DNA of 59,287 nucleotides, filler included, from 4 parts of 4 records of this genome joined end to end with filler, not necessarily neighbours in it, one strand, 5' to 3'; shown: positions 19,166-28,317, numbered from the whole stretch's first letter. Notes: a model not told the origin generated them from the letters alone. Numbers and translations: made by a program.

Positions 19166-19413
19166 TCAATGCTGGAAAAATCATGGCGGAAACACCGAGC
19201 CGCTGCAACGTTTTGCATTTCAACCATGCAGGCTCTTCGCTTATGCCTAAGCTGGGCGATCATGTCATCACACATGGTTCTGAATACGCGTCGAACTACC
19301 TACACTGCTTCACCAATCTAGGCGCTTGATCTTGAACCGCGTAGGCCCGCCCATAGCACTAGATTTGGACGGCCTATGCCATAAATGTCTGCATTCACAA
19401 AAAGGTAAAACTA

Positions 19414-19830
19414 ATGACATCCAGAAAACTCCAAACTGCCCTCGCCATGATATTCCTCATTTTGGGAACGTGGTGCTTGCTGTTTCCGTCAATGGTAATC
19501 AAGGTGACATTTCAACCGGAGTTTGCTGATGCGACGCAGCAGGCTAGGTTCATCATGGGGTGCTTTGGGGCGCAGGCCGTGCTGAACGGTACAATCTTGA
19601 TGACGGCCCGCTTTACGCCGACCACGTTTCTCGTCTTCGGGCTGGTCGGGTCGGTGCCGTTCTTTGCTTTCAATATGTGGTTCACACTGGTCGAACCGGT
19701 TCTAAACGCTTGGATGCTACTCGATTTTGCAGGCAATGTCGGGATTTTTGTCTGCGGTTTATGGGGTTGGCGTCTCGCCCGCCGCGAAGTGCATCAGACT
19801 GAGATGCACACCGTTGCAAGCACTAAGTAA
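19414..19830 (+). CDS. hypothetical membrane protein
   Basis: About four hydrophobic segments; AAAGGT RBS-like sequence. Confidence 0.7.
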   Translation: MTSRKLQTALAMIFLILGTWCLLFPSMVIKVTFQPEFADATQQARFIMGCFGAQAVLNGTILMTARFTPTTFLVFGLVGSVPFFAFNMWFTLVEPVLNAWMLLDFAGNVGIFVCGLWGWRLARREVHQTEMHTVASTK

Positions 19831-20034
19831 GAGAAGTGGGGGATGAGCGAGATGACGTAATTTCAGTAGACCATCTGCGCAATCAACATTTGCTGCAAAA
19901 GTTCTCGTCTATGCAGGCCGCCGTTTTCAGCGAATTTAGCTACCAACGACCCTTCCTGAGCTGCTCAGTTTTAAGCGCCTGCGAGATCAATCCCTCAGCC
20001 GTTGGCGCATTTTCGCAGGCGTCTAAATTTAGGG

Positions 20035-20796
20035 TTATTCAGTCTCCAATTTCAAATTTAGCTGGTGTGCAAGTTCAAAGAAGCGCCTTCTAATTTCAGG
20101 TGCATAGGGGTTTAATTTTTCAATTGCTTCGAATACTTCAGGTGCATCATGTTGAACCATCGAAACGGCATCCATAAGCAAATCGAAGCTTCGGGTAGTC
20201 ATACGGGTCGGCATTGGCCCCATTTCCAGCAGAACTTTAGCGATTAGATGTGTTAGGCCTTGAGCCGTCGCAACCTCCAGATCGTGTTCTTGCGGTGTTG
20301 TAAATATTGTCTGAAGTCCAAGCTTTTGACGCAGAAATGCAGCAAGCAACCAATGTCTATTTCCTCGAATTGGGCAAATCGCAATCTTCAAACCTTTAAT
20401 ACCGTCTCGAGCGCTTTGCGGGCCAAAAAGAGGATGTGTCGCTACAATATTTACGTAGTCAGGGAGTATCCTTTCCATAATCTCTGAAGGTTTTACTTTT
20501 ACCGACCCAACATCAATCACAAGAGCGCCAGGGCGGCAAAACGTGGCAATAGACGTAACAATTTCTTCGAAATGCGAAACCGGTGTAGAGACCACAACGA
20601 CGTCGCAACGCGCAGCTTCAGCGAGTGAGGTGCGTGTTATACTCAGCTTGCCAGCTTCATTATTTAGGTTAGGCAGGGGATCATAAGCGAACACATCAAA
20701 ATAGCCCGTTATGTGGCTTGCAATGAGTTTTCCGAACGCGCCGAAGCCTATTATCCCAATAGATTTTCTGCCTGTATTTGAGTTCCCAAATTTCAT
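20035..20796 (-). CDS. prephenate/arogenate dehydrogenase (TyrA family)
   Basis: GIIGFGAFG Rossmann motif, DVGSVK, THPLFGPQS and EHD...QGLTH. Confidence 0.88.
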   Translation of the reverse strand: MKFGNSNTGRKSIGIIGFGAFGKLIASHITGYFDVFAYDPLPNLNNEAGKLSITRTSLAEAARCDVVVVSTPVSHFEEIVTSIATFCRPGALVIDVGSVKVKPSEIMERILPDYVNIVATHPLFGPQSARDGIKGLKIAICPIRGNRHWLLAAFLRQKLGLQTIFTTPQEHDLEVATAQGLTHLIAKVLLEMGPMPTRMTTRSFDLLMDAVSMVQHDAPEVFEAIEKLNPYAPEIRRRFFELAHQLNLKLETE

Positions 20797-20904
20797 GCTG
20801 TGTCCTATTTAATGCTGTCAGCCAAAGGTCATTTTGCCGCGTAGTCGCTTTGTTGTAAAACTGGCTGTAGTGCATGTTAATCGGCAACGTCAACTGCGCT
20901 GGTA

Positions 20905-20955
20905 GGTGTTGTCAGAGTAACTTGTCGCTATTTGAAAACCGCGATAATTTTCGAA
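20905..20955 (+). mobile_element. left end of a second IS6-like element at the contig break
   Basis: 37/50 ungapped identity to the IS6 remnant left end at 15258-15307. Confidence 0.65.
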
Positions 20956-21055
20956 NNNNNNNNNNNNNNNNNNNNNNNNNNNNNNNNNNNNNNNNNNNNT
21001 TAATTAATTAANNNNNNNNNNNNNNNNNNNNNNNNNNNNNNNNNNNNNNNNNNNN
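20956..21055. other. artificial contig linker
   Basis: N-TTAATTAATTAA-N. Confidence 0.99.
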
Positions 21056-21598
21056 GAGAAAGAGGTTCTGTATCTCTATTTCTCGAAGGGTGGCCATCTG
21101 ACGCTGGACCCTACGATCAAACCCGCCTGGATCGATGCGCTAAAGTTTGACCACGAGGTTCTGGCCAAGGAAAAAGCCATTCCGCCATTGGATTTCAACG
21201 CCTGGATCACCGAGGATTACCTAAAAGTCGCCTATGCCGAGCTTGGTGTGGACTATGAAGCCGAAAAGGCCGTGATCATTGACCCCAAGGAAAACAACGC
21301 CGGTTTGCCAATGGAAATCTGGCACGCGCGCGATGGCATTTCCAGCTATCCGGACATGCCCGCCTTTCTGACCGCGCTGGCGGAAATGACATCAACCGGG
21401 GCCAAGTTGAATTCAACGTACGTCTATGACTCCGAAACCGGCCTGAAACTGTTCGGAAAGACGGCGTTCTGGGTCAAGGCCAATGACACCTACGCGACCT
21501 TCCTGCGCAAGGGGGACGCGGAAACCTATGCGTCGGCCAATGGCGGAACGCTGATCACCTTTGAAGGCGCTGTCGCGGATTTCACCACCGAAGGGTGA
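21056..21598 (+). CDS. ABC transporter substrate-binding protein, 5'-truncated, with NosL-like C-terminal domain
   Basis: Frame is open from the contig start (EKEVLYLYFSKGGHLTLDPTIK...), precedes the permease, and ends YVYD..TG...AFWV...F....DAETYA..NGG.LITF. Confidence 0.65.
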   Translation, partial: EKEVLYLYFSKGGHLTLDPTIKPAWIDALKFDHEVLAKEKAIPPLDFNAWITEDYLKVAYAELGVDYEAEKAVIIDPKENNAGLPMEIWHARDGISSYPDMPAFLTALAEMTSTGAKLNSTYVYDSETGLKLFGKTAFWVKANDTYATFLRKGDAETYASANGGTLITFEGAVADFTTEG

Positions 21599-21674
21599 GG
21601 CCCGTCCTCTGACATAGCAAGAAATGGCGCCCCCGGAACCGGGGGCGCCCATCCAGCACGCAAAGGACAGGACC

Positions 21675-22568
21675 ATGAGCCAGGTCGCACAGACCCTTTC
21701 CACCGACGCCATTCCCCCCGGGTCTGCTGATCGGTCCGCGCCACATGACAGCCCGTCGCCTGTACTGACACCTGGGCTACTGCGCAGAGTGCTACGTCCG
21801 GAACTGCTGCAGTCGCTTGGTTTTGGCTTTTTATCGTTGGCGGCGGGGGTGTTGTTCTGGCACTGGGCGTCGGCCACCAACCTCAATTTGTACGTCAATT
21901 TTGAGAATGTTCCCGGCCCAGGCAAGGTTTTCGCCTCGTTTCTCAATCACCTAAAGACCGAGATCTTTTACACCCATATCCGCGTCTCTATGCAGCGTAT
22001 CCTGCTTAGCTATTCCATCGCAGCCGCCCTTGGCATCGGGTTGGGGCTGATCATGGGCCGGTCCCGGATCGTGCGGGCCTTTGTGATGCCTTATATCGAA
22101 GTGATCCGCCCAATCCCCGCCGTTGCCTGGATCCCGCTGGCGATTCTGATGTGGCCGACCGAAGAAGCGTCAATCATCTACATCACTTTTCTAGGTGCAC
22201 TGTTTCCCATTGTGCTCAACACCCTGCATGGCGTTGAACAGACGCCCGAAGTGCTTGTGCGTGCGGCACAGTCTCTGGGCGCCTCTCGTCTGGCTATCTT
22301 TGCCCATGTTGTTCTGCCTGCGGCAATGCCGTCGATTTCGGCCGGTCTTGCCATCGGTATGGGCGTCAGCTGGTTCTCGCTGCTCGCAGGCGAGATTATC
22401 TCGGGTCAATACGGCATCGGGTATTTCACCTGGAATGCCTATAGCCTGATCAATTATCAGGACATCGTTGTGGGTATGCTGGTGATCGGCTTTCTTGGTA
22501 CGGCCTCGACGGCGGCGATCAAATTGCTGACAAAACCTCTCCTCAAATGGCAAAAGAGGACACGCTGA
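21675..22568 (+). CDS. nitrate/sulfonate/taurine-type ABC permease
   Basis: RPIPAVAWIPLA and EAA-like VRAAQSLGAS...VVLPAAMP. Confidence 0.9.
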   Translation: MSQVAQTLSTDAIPPGSADRSAPHDSPSPVLTPGLLRRVLRPELLQSLGFGFLSLAAGVLFWHWASATNLNLYVNFENVPGPGKVFASFLNHLKTEIFYTHIRVSMQRILLSYSIAAALGIGLGLIMGRSRIVRAFVMPYIEVIRPIPAVAWIPLAILMWPTEEASIIYITFLGALFPIVLNTLHGVEQTPEVLVRAAQSLGASRLAIFAHVVLPAAMPSISAGLAIGMGVSWFSLLAGEIISGQYGIGYFTWNAYSLINYQDIVVGMLVIGFLGTASTAAIKLLTKPLLKWQKRTR

Positions 22569-23233
22569 TGCTGTCCGCGCTTTCCGTCATCATCGGGCAG
22601 GTGCGGCTAAGTTGGCCGCGAATGCTGCGCTGGGGGCTGGTGTTTTCCGTCCTGTCGCAGGTTTTCATGCTGCTGGCGCTGATCGTCCGTTTCGGGGCGC
22701 TGCCCAACTATGTCACCTTCTACGATTGGTTTGGCAATGCGGCGTGGATCATCAAATCGACTCCCAGCTGGTCGGACATTCTGCTGGTTATCGCCGACGA
22801 ATGGCTGATTGAGGTTGGGCGCATGAACTATGACTACGGGACCGGCATTTCGGAATGGAGCCTTAATGTCATGCCGTCGCGTTTGCTGGTGCTTTTTGGT
22901 CTTGGGGCGTTGATCGGCCTTGCCATCGATCTTGCTCGCCGCGACTCTTGTTCGGTTTCCGCCCGGCGCGGTGCCACGCTGGCGACGGGTGCAGGGGCGT
23001 TGCTGGTCGCTATGACCAACGTCACGATGAGCTGGGTGGTCTGCTGCGCCACGCCCACCTGGGTCGTCGGGTTGTCCATGATGGGGCTCGGCGTTTCAAC
23101 TTCGCTGGCTTTGGAGAGGCTTGGCCCGGTCTTTTCGTATCTCGGCTTTGCCCTGCTGATCGCCGCAATCCTCGGCCTGGGCTTTCGCAAACGTGCGGCG
23201 CACAGCCCCTACAGGGAGACGACACATGCTTGA
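22568..23233 (+). CDS. hypothetical membrane protein with vicinal CC motif
   Basis: TGATG coupling to the permease, several TM helices, and VVCCATP. Confidence 0.75.
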   Translation: MLSALSVIIGQVRLSWPRMLRWGLVFSVLSQVFMLLALIVRFGALPNYVTFYDWFGNAAWIIKSTPSWSDILLVIADEWLIEVGRMNYDYGTGISEWSLNVMPSRLLVLFGLGALIGLAIDLARRDSCSVSARRGATLATGAGALLVAMTNVTMSWVVCCATPTWVVGLSMMGLGVSTSLALERLGPVFSYLGFALLIAAILGLGFRKRAAHSPYRETTHA

Positions 23234-24065
23234 CGTCCTGAAATATCAGCGCCCCGGCGCGCCAAGGAACTCCTCTGGCAAAGGCGCAATCCAGATCAGC
23301 GATGCCTCAATCACCTTCGGGCGCGGGGCATCGGCCTATCATGCGGTGGAAACCACGTCGCTGCGCATCCTGCCGGGCGAATTCGTCTGCATTCTTGGCC
23401 CGTCGGGCTGTGGCAAATCCACCTTGCTGAACGCCATCGCGGGATATGTGAAACCTACCACCGGCTCTGTGGAAGTGGACGGTGTAACTGTTGAAAAACC
23501 GGGCCCGGACCGGGGTATGGTGTTCCAGCAATATTCGCTGCTGCCATGGAAAACCGTCTATGAAAACGTCGCCTTCGGCCCACGCATGGCGGGTGCCAGC
23601 CGGACCGAGGCCGGGTCAATCGCCAACACCTTTCTTGGCATGGTAGGGCTAAAGAAATTTGGCAGCCGATATCCGGCAGAGCTGTCTGGGGGTATGCAGC
23701 AGCGTGTCGGCATCGCCCGTGCGCTGGCAAATTATCCGTCGGTTCTGCTGATGGACGAACCCTTTGGCGCATTGGACGCGCAGACCCGGCTCATGATGCA
23801 GGAAAGCCTGCTCGAGATCTGGGCCAAGTTCGGCACCACGGTGGTCTTTGTCACCCATGACGTGGACGAGGCGGTGTTTCTGGCCGATCGCGTGCTGATC
23901 ATGTCCGCCGCGCCGGGCCGCATCATCGAGGATCTGCGCATTGACCTTCCCCGCCCACGCACGTCCGAGTCAGCCGCCTTGCCGGAATATATCGCGGCCC
24001 GGCAGCACTGCATGGCGACGATCCGTTCCGAAAGCCGCAAAGCCTTTGAGGAGCAAAACAAATGA
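23226..24065 (+). CDS. ABC ATP-binding protein (NrtD/SsuB/TauB-like)
   Basis: GPSGCGKST, LSGGMQQR, MDEPFGALD and VTHD. Confidence 0.93.
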   Translation: MLDVLKYQRPGAPRNSSGKGAIQISDASITFGRGASAYHAVETTSLRILPGEFVCILGPSGCGKSTLLNAIAGYVKPTTGSVEVDGVTVEKPGPDRGMVFQQYSLLPWKTVYENVAFGPRMAGASRTEAGSIANTFLGMVGLKKFGSRYPAELSGGMQQRVGIARALANYPSVLLMDEPFGALDAQTRLMMQESLLEIWAKFGTTVVFVTHDVDEAVFLADRVLIMSAAPGRIIEDLRIDLPRPRTSESAALPEYIAARQHCMATIRSESRKAFEEQNK

Positions 24066-24670
24066 AACCGCTTACCTATGTCTACGTTCTTGCCTGTGCA
24101 TTTGGCCTGTCCTGTGGTCCCGCCCTTGCCCAGGTGCAGGGTGTGATGCTGGACGCCCCCGTGCCGCTCCCTGCCTTCACGCTCAGCGATCAGGCGGGAG
24201 AGGTCTTTTCATCAGATGATCTGGCTGGACACTGGACGCTGATAATGTTCGGTTACACTTCCTGCCCGGATGTCTGCCCCTTCACCTTGGGTAACCTCGA
24301 GGCCGCGATTGCCGAAACCGCGGTGCGGGTGCGTCCCGACAATGTTCCCCGCGTGGTCTTTGTTTCGGTCGACCCAGAGCGTGACGCCGAGGCGGTCACG
24401 GATTACGCGATGTTCTTTCACCCCGATTTTCGCGGCGTGACAGGCGCGCGCGACCAGATCGATGCATTGATTGAGGCAACAGACAGCTTCTACCGGCTGC
24501 TGCCGTCTGATGACTCTGGCTACTACGAAGTGCAGCACTCCTCGGCTGTGTCGGTTATCGGTCCGGGTGGTCAACTGCGCGCCAAACTGCAACCACCCTT
24601 TGACCCCGGCACAACGGCCGAATTCCTCGCGCGGCTGCAAATCGCGTACCGCAGGGATTTAGGGCAATGA
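24062..24670 (+). CDS. SCO1/SenC family copper chaperone
   Basis: FGYTSCPDVCP, VSVDPERD and conserved His in VQHS; signal peptide. Confidence 0.92.
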   Translation: MKPLTYVYVLACAFGLSCGPALAQVQGVMLDAPVPLPAFTLSDQAGEVFSSDDLAGHWTLIMFGYTSCPDVCPFTLGNLEAAIAETAVRVRPDNVPRVVFVSVDPERDAEAVTDYAMFFHPDFRGVTGARDQIDALIEATDSFYRLLPSDDSGYYEVQHSSAVSVIGPGGQLRAKLQPPFDPGTTAEFLARLQIAYRRDLGQ

Positions 24671-25098
24671 TGCGGGTCCTAACCGCCGTCATGATCGTCT
24701 TGCCCGCACTGACCCAAGCCGACGGTATCGTGGCTGAGAACGCCTATATCCCCGTGGCGCCACCCAAGGTCACCGTCAGTGCCGCCTACATGACTCTGCA
24801 AAACCAAGGAGATGCAGTTCGCAGCCTGATTGGCGTGGCTGCCCAAGGGTATGGCATGGCCCATCTGCATCAAACCCGGGAGGTCGACGGAACTACAAGC
24901 ATGTCGCCAGTCCATCAGCTGGATATACCGTCCCACGCAGCAGTTGAGCTGGCCCCCGGCGGTCTGCACGTCATGATGATGATGCCAAAGGCCCCGGTCC
25001 TCGCGGGATCTGTTGTCACGCTGACCTTGACCTTTGCGGATGGTGAAATGATGGCAGTTCCCGTCACAGTCATTGAGGGCCGGGATGCAGGCTCGTAA
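24667..25098 (+). CDS. copper chaperone PCu(A)C
   Basis: AAYMTL, HLH...M and LAPGGLHVMM. Confidence 0.9.
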   Translation: MMRVLTAVMIVLPALTQADGIVAENAYIPVAPPKVTVSAAYMTLQNQGDAVRSLIGVAAQGYGMAHLHQTREVDGTTSMSPVHQLDIPSHAAVELAPGGLHVMMMMPKAPVLAGSVVTLTLTFADGEMMAVPVTVIEGRDAGS

Positions 25099-25672
25099 AG
25101 TCTGGGCCGCCATTGCCTTGATGCTGGCCTGGCCCGCGACCGCCGAGTCCCTGTTGGACGAAGACTTCCCAGCCCATGAACGCTGTGCGCTCTGCCACGG
25201 GTTGTTCGGGGATTCTGGGCGCGACAGATTTCCAAAGCTGGCAGGCCAGCGTCCCGCATATATCGAGGCGCAGATACGCGCATTTTTAAGCGGGCAACGC
25301 AGCAATGACCGTGGTCAGATGGCAGCCGTAGTGACGGAATTGGAGGCGGGTGACATCGCCGAGGTGGTCGACTGGTTTTCGTCCCAGCCGCACCCAGCAC
25401 CGATTCCATCGGATGATATCGAAAAAGGCTACATTGCCTATCTTTCCGCCGGTTGCGAGGAATGCCACGATGAACGCGCGTCGAGATCGCAAAATATTCC
25501 TTATCTGGCTTCACAACACCCTGCATATCTGGGCAAACAGATGCGTGACATGCGCGATGGGCGCCGCCTTGGCACCGGCATCGAAGCGATGCAGGCGCAG
25601 CTGAGCCGTCTTAGCGACGCTGATCTGGACGCGATAGCGGCCTATCTCGCCGCGCAGGACAGGACCCCATGA
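25085..25672 (+). CDS. diheme cytochrome c4/c553-like protein
   Basis: Two CXXCH motifs (CALCH, CEECH), PKLAGQ and PYLASQH; signal peptide. Confidence 0.9.
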   Translation: MQARKVWAAIALMLAWPATAESLLDEDFPAHERCALCHGLFGDSGRDRFPKLAGQRPAYIEAQIRAFLSGQRSNDRGQMAAVVTELEAGDIAEVVDWFSSQPHPAPIPSDDIEKGYIAYLSAGCEECHDERASRSQNIPYLASQHPAYLGKQMRDMRDGRRLGTGIEAMQAQLSRLSDADLDAIAAYLAAQDRTP

Positions 25673-26382
25673 CCGAAGAACACGATTCAAACAGCGCGAT
25701 CTATCTTTCCGAATATCTGCTCGAAATTAACGAAGGCGCGGGTTTCCTTGCGTCTCTGGCCCCGGACGTCCGTGCCCGGGTGCTCCATAATGGCATGCGC
25801 ACGACCATCCACAAGGGGGATGGGCTGTTCTTTCAGGGTGATCCGCACACGGGCATCTGGATCGTCGAATCCGGTCGCATCCGCACCTTTTACGCTGGCC
25901 CATCGGGGCGTGAAATCACGCTTGCCTACTGGAGCGCGGGACATTTTGTCGGCGGCCCAGAGATTTTCGGGCGTGGACGCCATGTCTGGTCCGCCGACGC
26001 GCTAGAGGAAACCGAATTGCTATTCCTGTCCGGCAGTTCGCTGCGCACGCTTGTACGCGAAGTGCCGGACGTCGCCATTTCGATCATCGAAGGTCTGATC
26101 GCCAAAGCGAAATGTTATTCTGCGCTGCTCCAGATGCTGGGCACGCGGTCCGTCTCTGAACGATTGCGCCAGCTTTTGGTGATCCTGGCCGACACCCATG
26201 GGCGACACGAGGACGGGGATATCATCATTGATCGATCCATCACCTATGAACAGGTCGCCACAATGGTCGGTGCCACCCGCCAATGGGTCACACAATCGCT
26301 CGACAAGCTTCAGAGCGAGGGCGTTCTGAACGTGTCGCGCAAAGAAATCATCATACATCACCTCGAAAGACTGGAAGAATGA
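25669..26382 (+). CDS. Crp/Fnr family transcriptional regulator
   Basis: LFFQGD, SGREITL and C-terminal HTH ITYEQVATMVGATRQWVT; lacks the FNR cysteine cluster. Confidence 0.9.
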   Translation: MTEEHDSNSAIYLSEYLLEINEGAGFLASLAPDVRARVLHNGMRTTIHKGDGLFFQGDPHTGIWIVESGRIRTFYAGPSGREITLAYWSAGHFVGGPEIFGRGRHVWSADALEETELLFLSGSSLRTLVREVPDVAISIIEGLIAKAKCYSALLQMLGTRSVSERLRQLLVILADTHGRHEDGDIIIDRSITYEQVATMVGATRQWVTQSLDKLQSEGVLNVSRKEIIIHHLERLEE

Positions 26383-27389
26383 CTTCTGGCGATTTCGCCG
26401 CCCGGTCTCGCGATACCTGGGGACGCGTCTATTTGTTGATTCCTGGCGTTGCGGTCGCTGCGACGGTCAGTCTGGCCGCGACCGGCATCTCCCTGCGTTA
26501 CGGCGCGCCCGCAATGCTGTTTGCGCTGCTGCTTGGCATGGCGCTGTCCTTTCTGTCTTCCGATCCGCGGGTCCGGCCCGGGCTGGAGTTCGCGGGCGGT
26601 ACCATGTTGAAATCGGGGGTCGCGCTCCTGGGGATTGCCGTTTCGATCGACACGTTCCAGATGCTGGGTGTTGCAGCGGTTCTGAGCGTACTGGCTCTTT
26701 TGGTGCTGTCGATGAGTTTTGGGATATGGCTGGGCCGTCGCGTTGGGTGGAACATCGAATCCGCCGTCGTTGCTGCTGGTGCCGTTTCAATCTGCGGCGC
26801 TTCGGCCGCGCTGGCGTTGACGGCGCTGGTCCAGGACAGGGTGCCGCGCAGCCATACGATGGCGGTGATCATGATCGCCACAGGTTTGTCCACCGTGGCC
26901 ATGGTATTCTATCCTGTGGTCCTGCATGCGCTTGACCTGTCGCCGTGGCAGACTGGTTTCGTCATCGGCGCGAGCATTCATGATGTGGCACAGGTTATCG
27001 GTGCTGGTTTTTCCGTATCGGACGCTGTCGGGGAAACGGCGACACTGACCAAAATGATGCGCGTTGCCCTTTTGCCGGTGGTGTTGCTCGCCGTGTCGGT
27101 CACCTTGGGGCGTGCGTCGCCGGGGGCGAGGATCGGGTTGCCCTGGTTCGTGTTGGCTTTCATCACGCTGTTTGTCATTGCAAGTGTTCTGCGGGTTCCC
27201 GAAGCTCTGCGTGCCGGGGTGTCGGATCTGTCGCGTGCGCTGTTCCTTGTGGCGATTTCGGGCATTGGCCTGCTCAGCAACGTGCAAGAGCTTCGGACTG
27301 TAGGTGCGCGCACGTTTTACGTGTTGTTTGCGACGACGGCACTGTTATTTGGATCTGCCGTCCTGCTGGCATTGCTGTTTCAGAACTAG
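26379..27389 (+). CDS. YeiH/UPF0324 putative sulfate exporter family membrane protein
   Basis: AVSICGASAALA, GASIHDVAQV, TKMMRVALL and LPWFV. Confidence 0.9.
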   Translation: MTSGDFAARSRDTWGRVYLLIPGVAVAATVSLAATGISLRYGAPAMLFALLLGMALSFLSSDPRVRPGLEFAGGTMLKSGVALLGIAVSIDTFQMLGVAAVLSVLALLVLSMSFGIWLGRRVGWNIESAVVAAGAVSICGASAALALTALVQDRVPRSHTMAVIMIATGLSTVAMVFYPVVLHALDLSPWQTGFVIGASIHDVAQVIGAGFSVSDAVGETATLTKMMRVALLPVVLLAVSVTLGRASPGARIGLPWFVLAFITLFVIASVLRVPEALRAGVSDLSRALFLVAISGIGLLSNVQELRTVGARTFYVLFATTALLFGSAVLLALLFQN

Positions 27390-27455
27390 TCTGACCCGAC
27401 CTTTGAGATGCTTCCAACTCTGTTGGGCAGATAAGGTGATAGGTGGCGCGCACCT

Positions 27456-27488
27456 TTTGCCGTGGTGCTGTCACGTCACCACGGCAAA
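27456..27488. terminator. hairpin between the YeiH operon and phnF (possible terminator)
   Basis: TTTGCCGTGGTG-9 nt-CACCACGGCAAA perfect 12-bp stem. Confidence 0.45.
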
Positions 27489-27512
27489 TCCTGTGCTACC
27501 AGAATGATTGCG

Positions 27513-27552
27513 GTGTCGCAGAAACGTCATGACATCGTCACTGGCCTGTCTC
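27513..27552 (+). promoter_or_regulatory. tandem Pho-box-like array upstream of phnF
   Basis: Heptamers at 11-bp period (GTGTCGC, ACGTCAT, TCGTCAC, CTGTCTC) resembling the PhoB half-site CTGTCAT. Confidence 0.6.
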
Positions 27553-27603
27553 CGCAATGTTCTAACCCTCAAGTCATTCGAATGAATTTGCGCGGCGAGA
27601 GTG

Positions 27604-28317
27604 ATGACGGATCAGAAAAATTGGAAACAAGTACGCGACTGGATCGTGCAGAGCATCGCGTCGCGTGAACTGCGCGAAGGTGACCGCGTGCCGCCCGAAC
27701 AGGACATTGCGGCGATCTGCGGCGTCGGGCGTCATTCGGTCCGCCGCGCCACTACGGCATTGGCGGTCGATGGCGTTCTAAGCATTGAACAGGGGCGCGG
27801 CACATTTGTCAGGGCCCGTCCCGGGATACTCTACCGGATTGGGCGGCGCACGCGGTACCGCGAAAACCTGCAACGTGCCGGCGTGGTCCCGGGCAGCGAA
27901 GCCCTGGGAACCGATTTGATCGACGCGGACGCGTCCATCGCACAGGCGCTGGGTCTGCCGATTGACACGCCGGTCCACCGCATTCTGCGTCGTGGACTGG
28001 CCGATGGTGTCCCGATCAACCTTACACGCAGCTATCATTCCGCTGCCCGTTTCCCCGATCTGGACGCACGGCGAACCGCCGGTGACAGCGTGTCGGCAAT
28101 CTACCGTGACTATGGCATCGCCGATTATCGCCGCCGCGAGACCGAGCTTTTTGCGCGTCTGCCGACGCGATCCGAAGCACGGCTTTTGGATCAGCGGCCC
28201 GAACAGCCTGTCATGGTTGTCTGTAAGACGGATGTCGAACCTGACGGCACGGTTCTGGGTTATGGCGAGGCGCTTTGGGGTGCTGGCCGGGTTCGTTTTC
28301 TACTGGAGGATCAATGA
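27604..28317 (+). CDS. phnF: GntR/UTRA phosphonate regulator PhnF
   Basis: GDRVPPEQDIA...VGRHSVRRA...QGRGTFV wHTH followed by YRIGRRTRY; first gene of the phn operon. Confidence 0.88.
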   Translation: MTDQKNWKQVRDWIVQSIASRELREGDRVPPEQDIAAICGVGRHSVRRATTALAVDGVLSIEQGRGTFVRARPGILYRIGRRTRYRENLQRAGVVPGSEALGTDLIDADASIAQALGLPIDTPVHRILRRGLADGVPINLTRSYHSAARFPDLDARRTAGDSVSAIYRDYGIADYRRRETELFARLPTRSEARLLDQRPEQPVMVVCKTDVEPDGTVLGYGEALWGAGRVRFLLEDQ

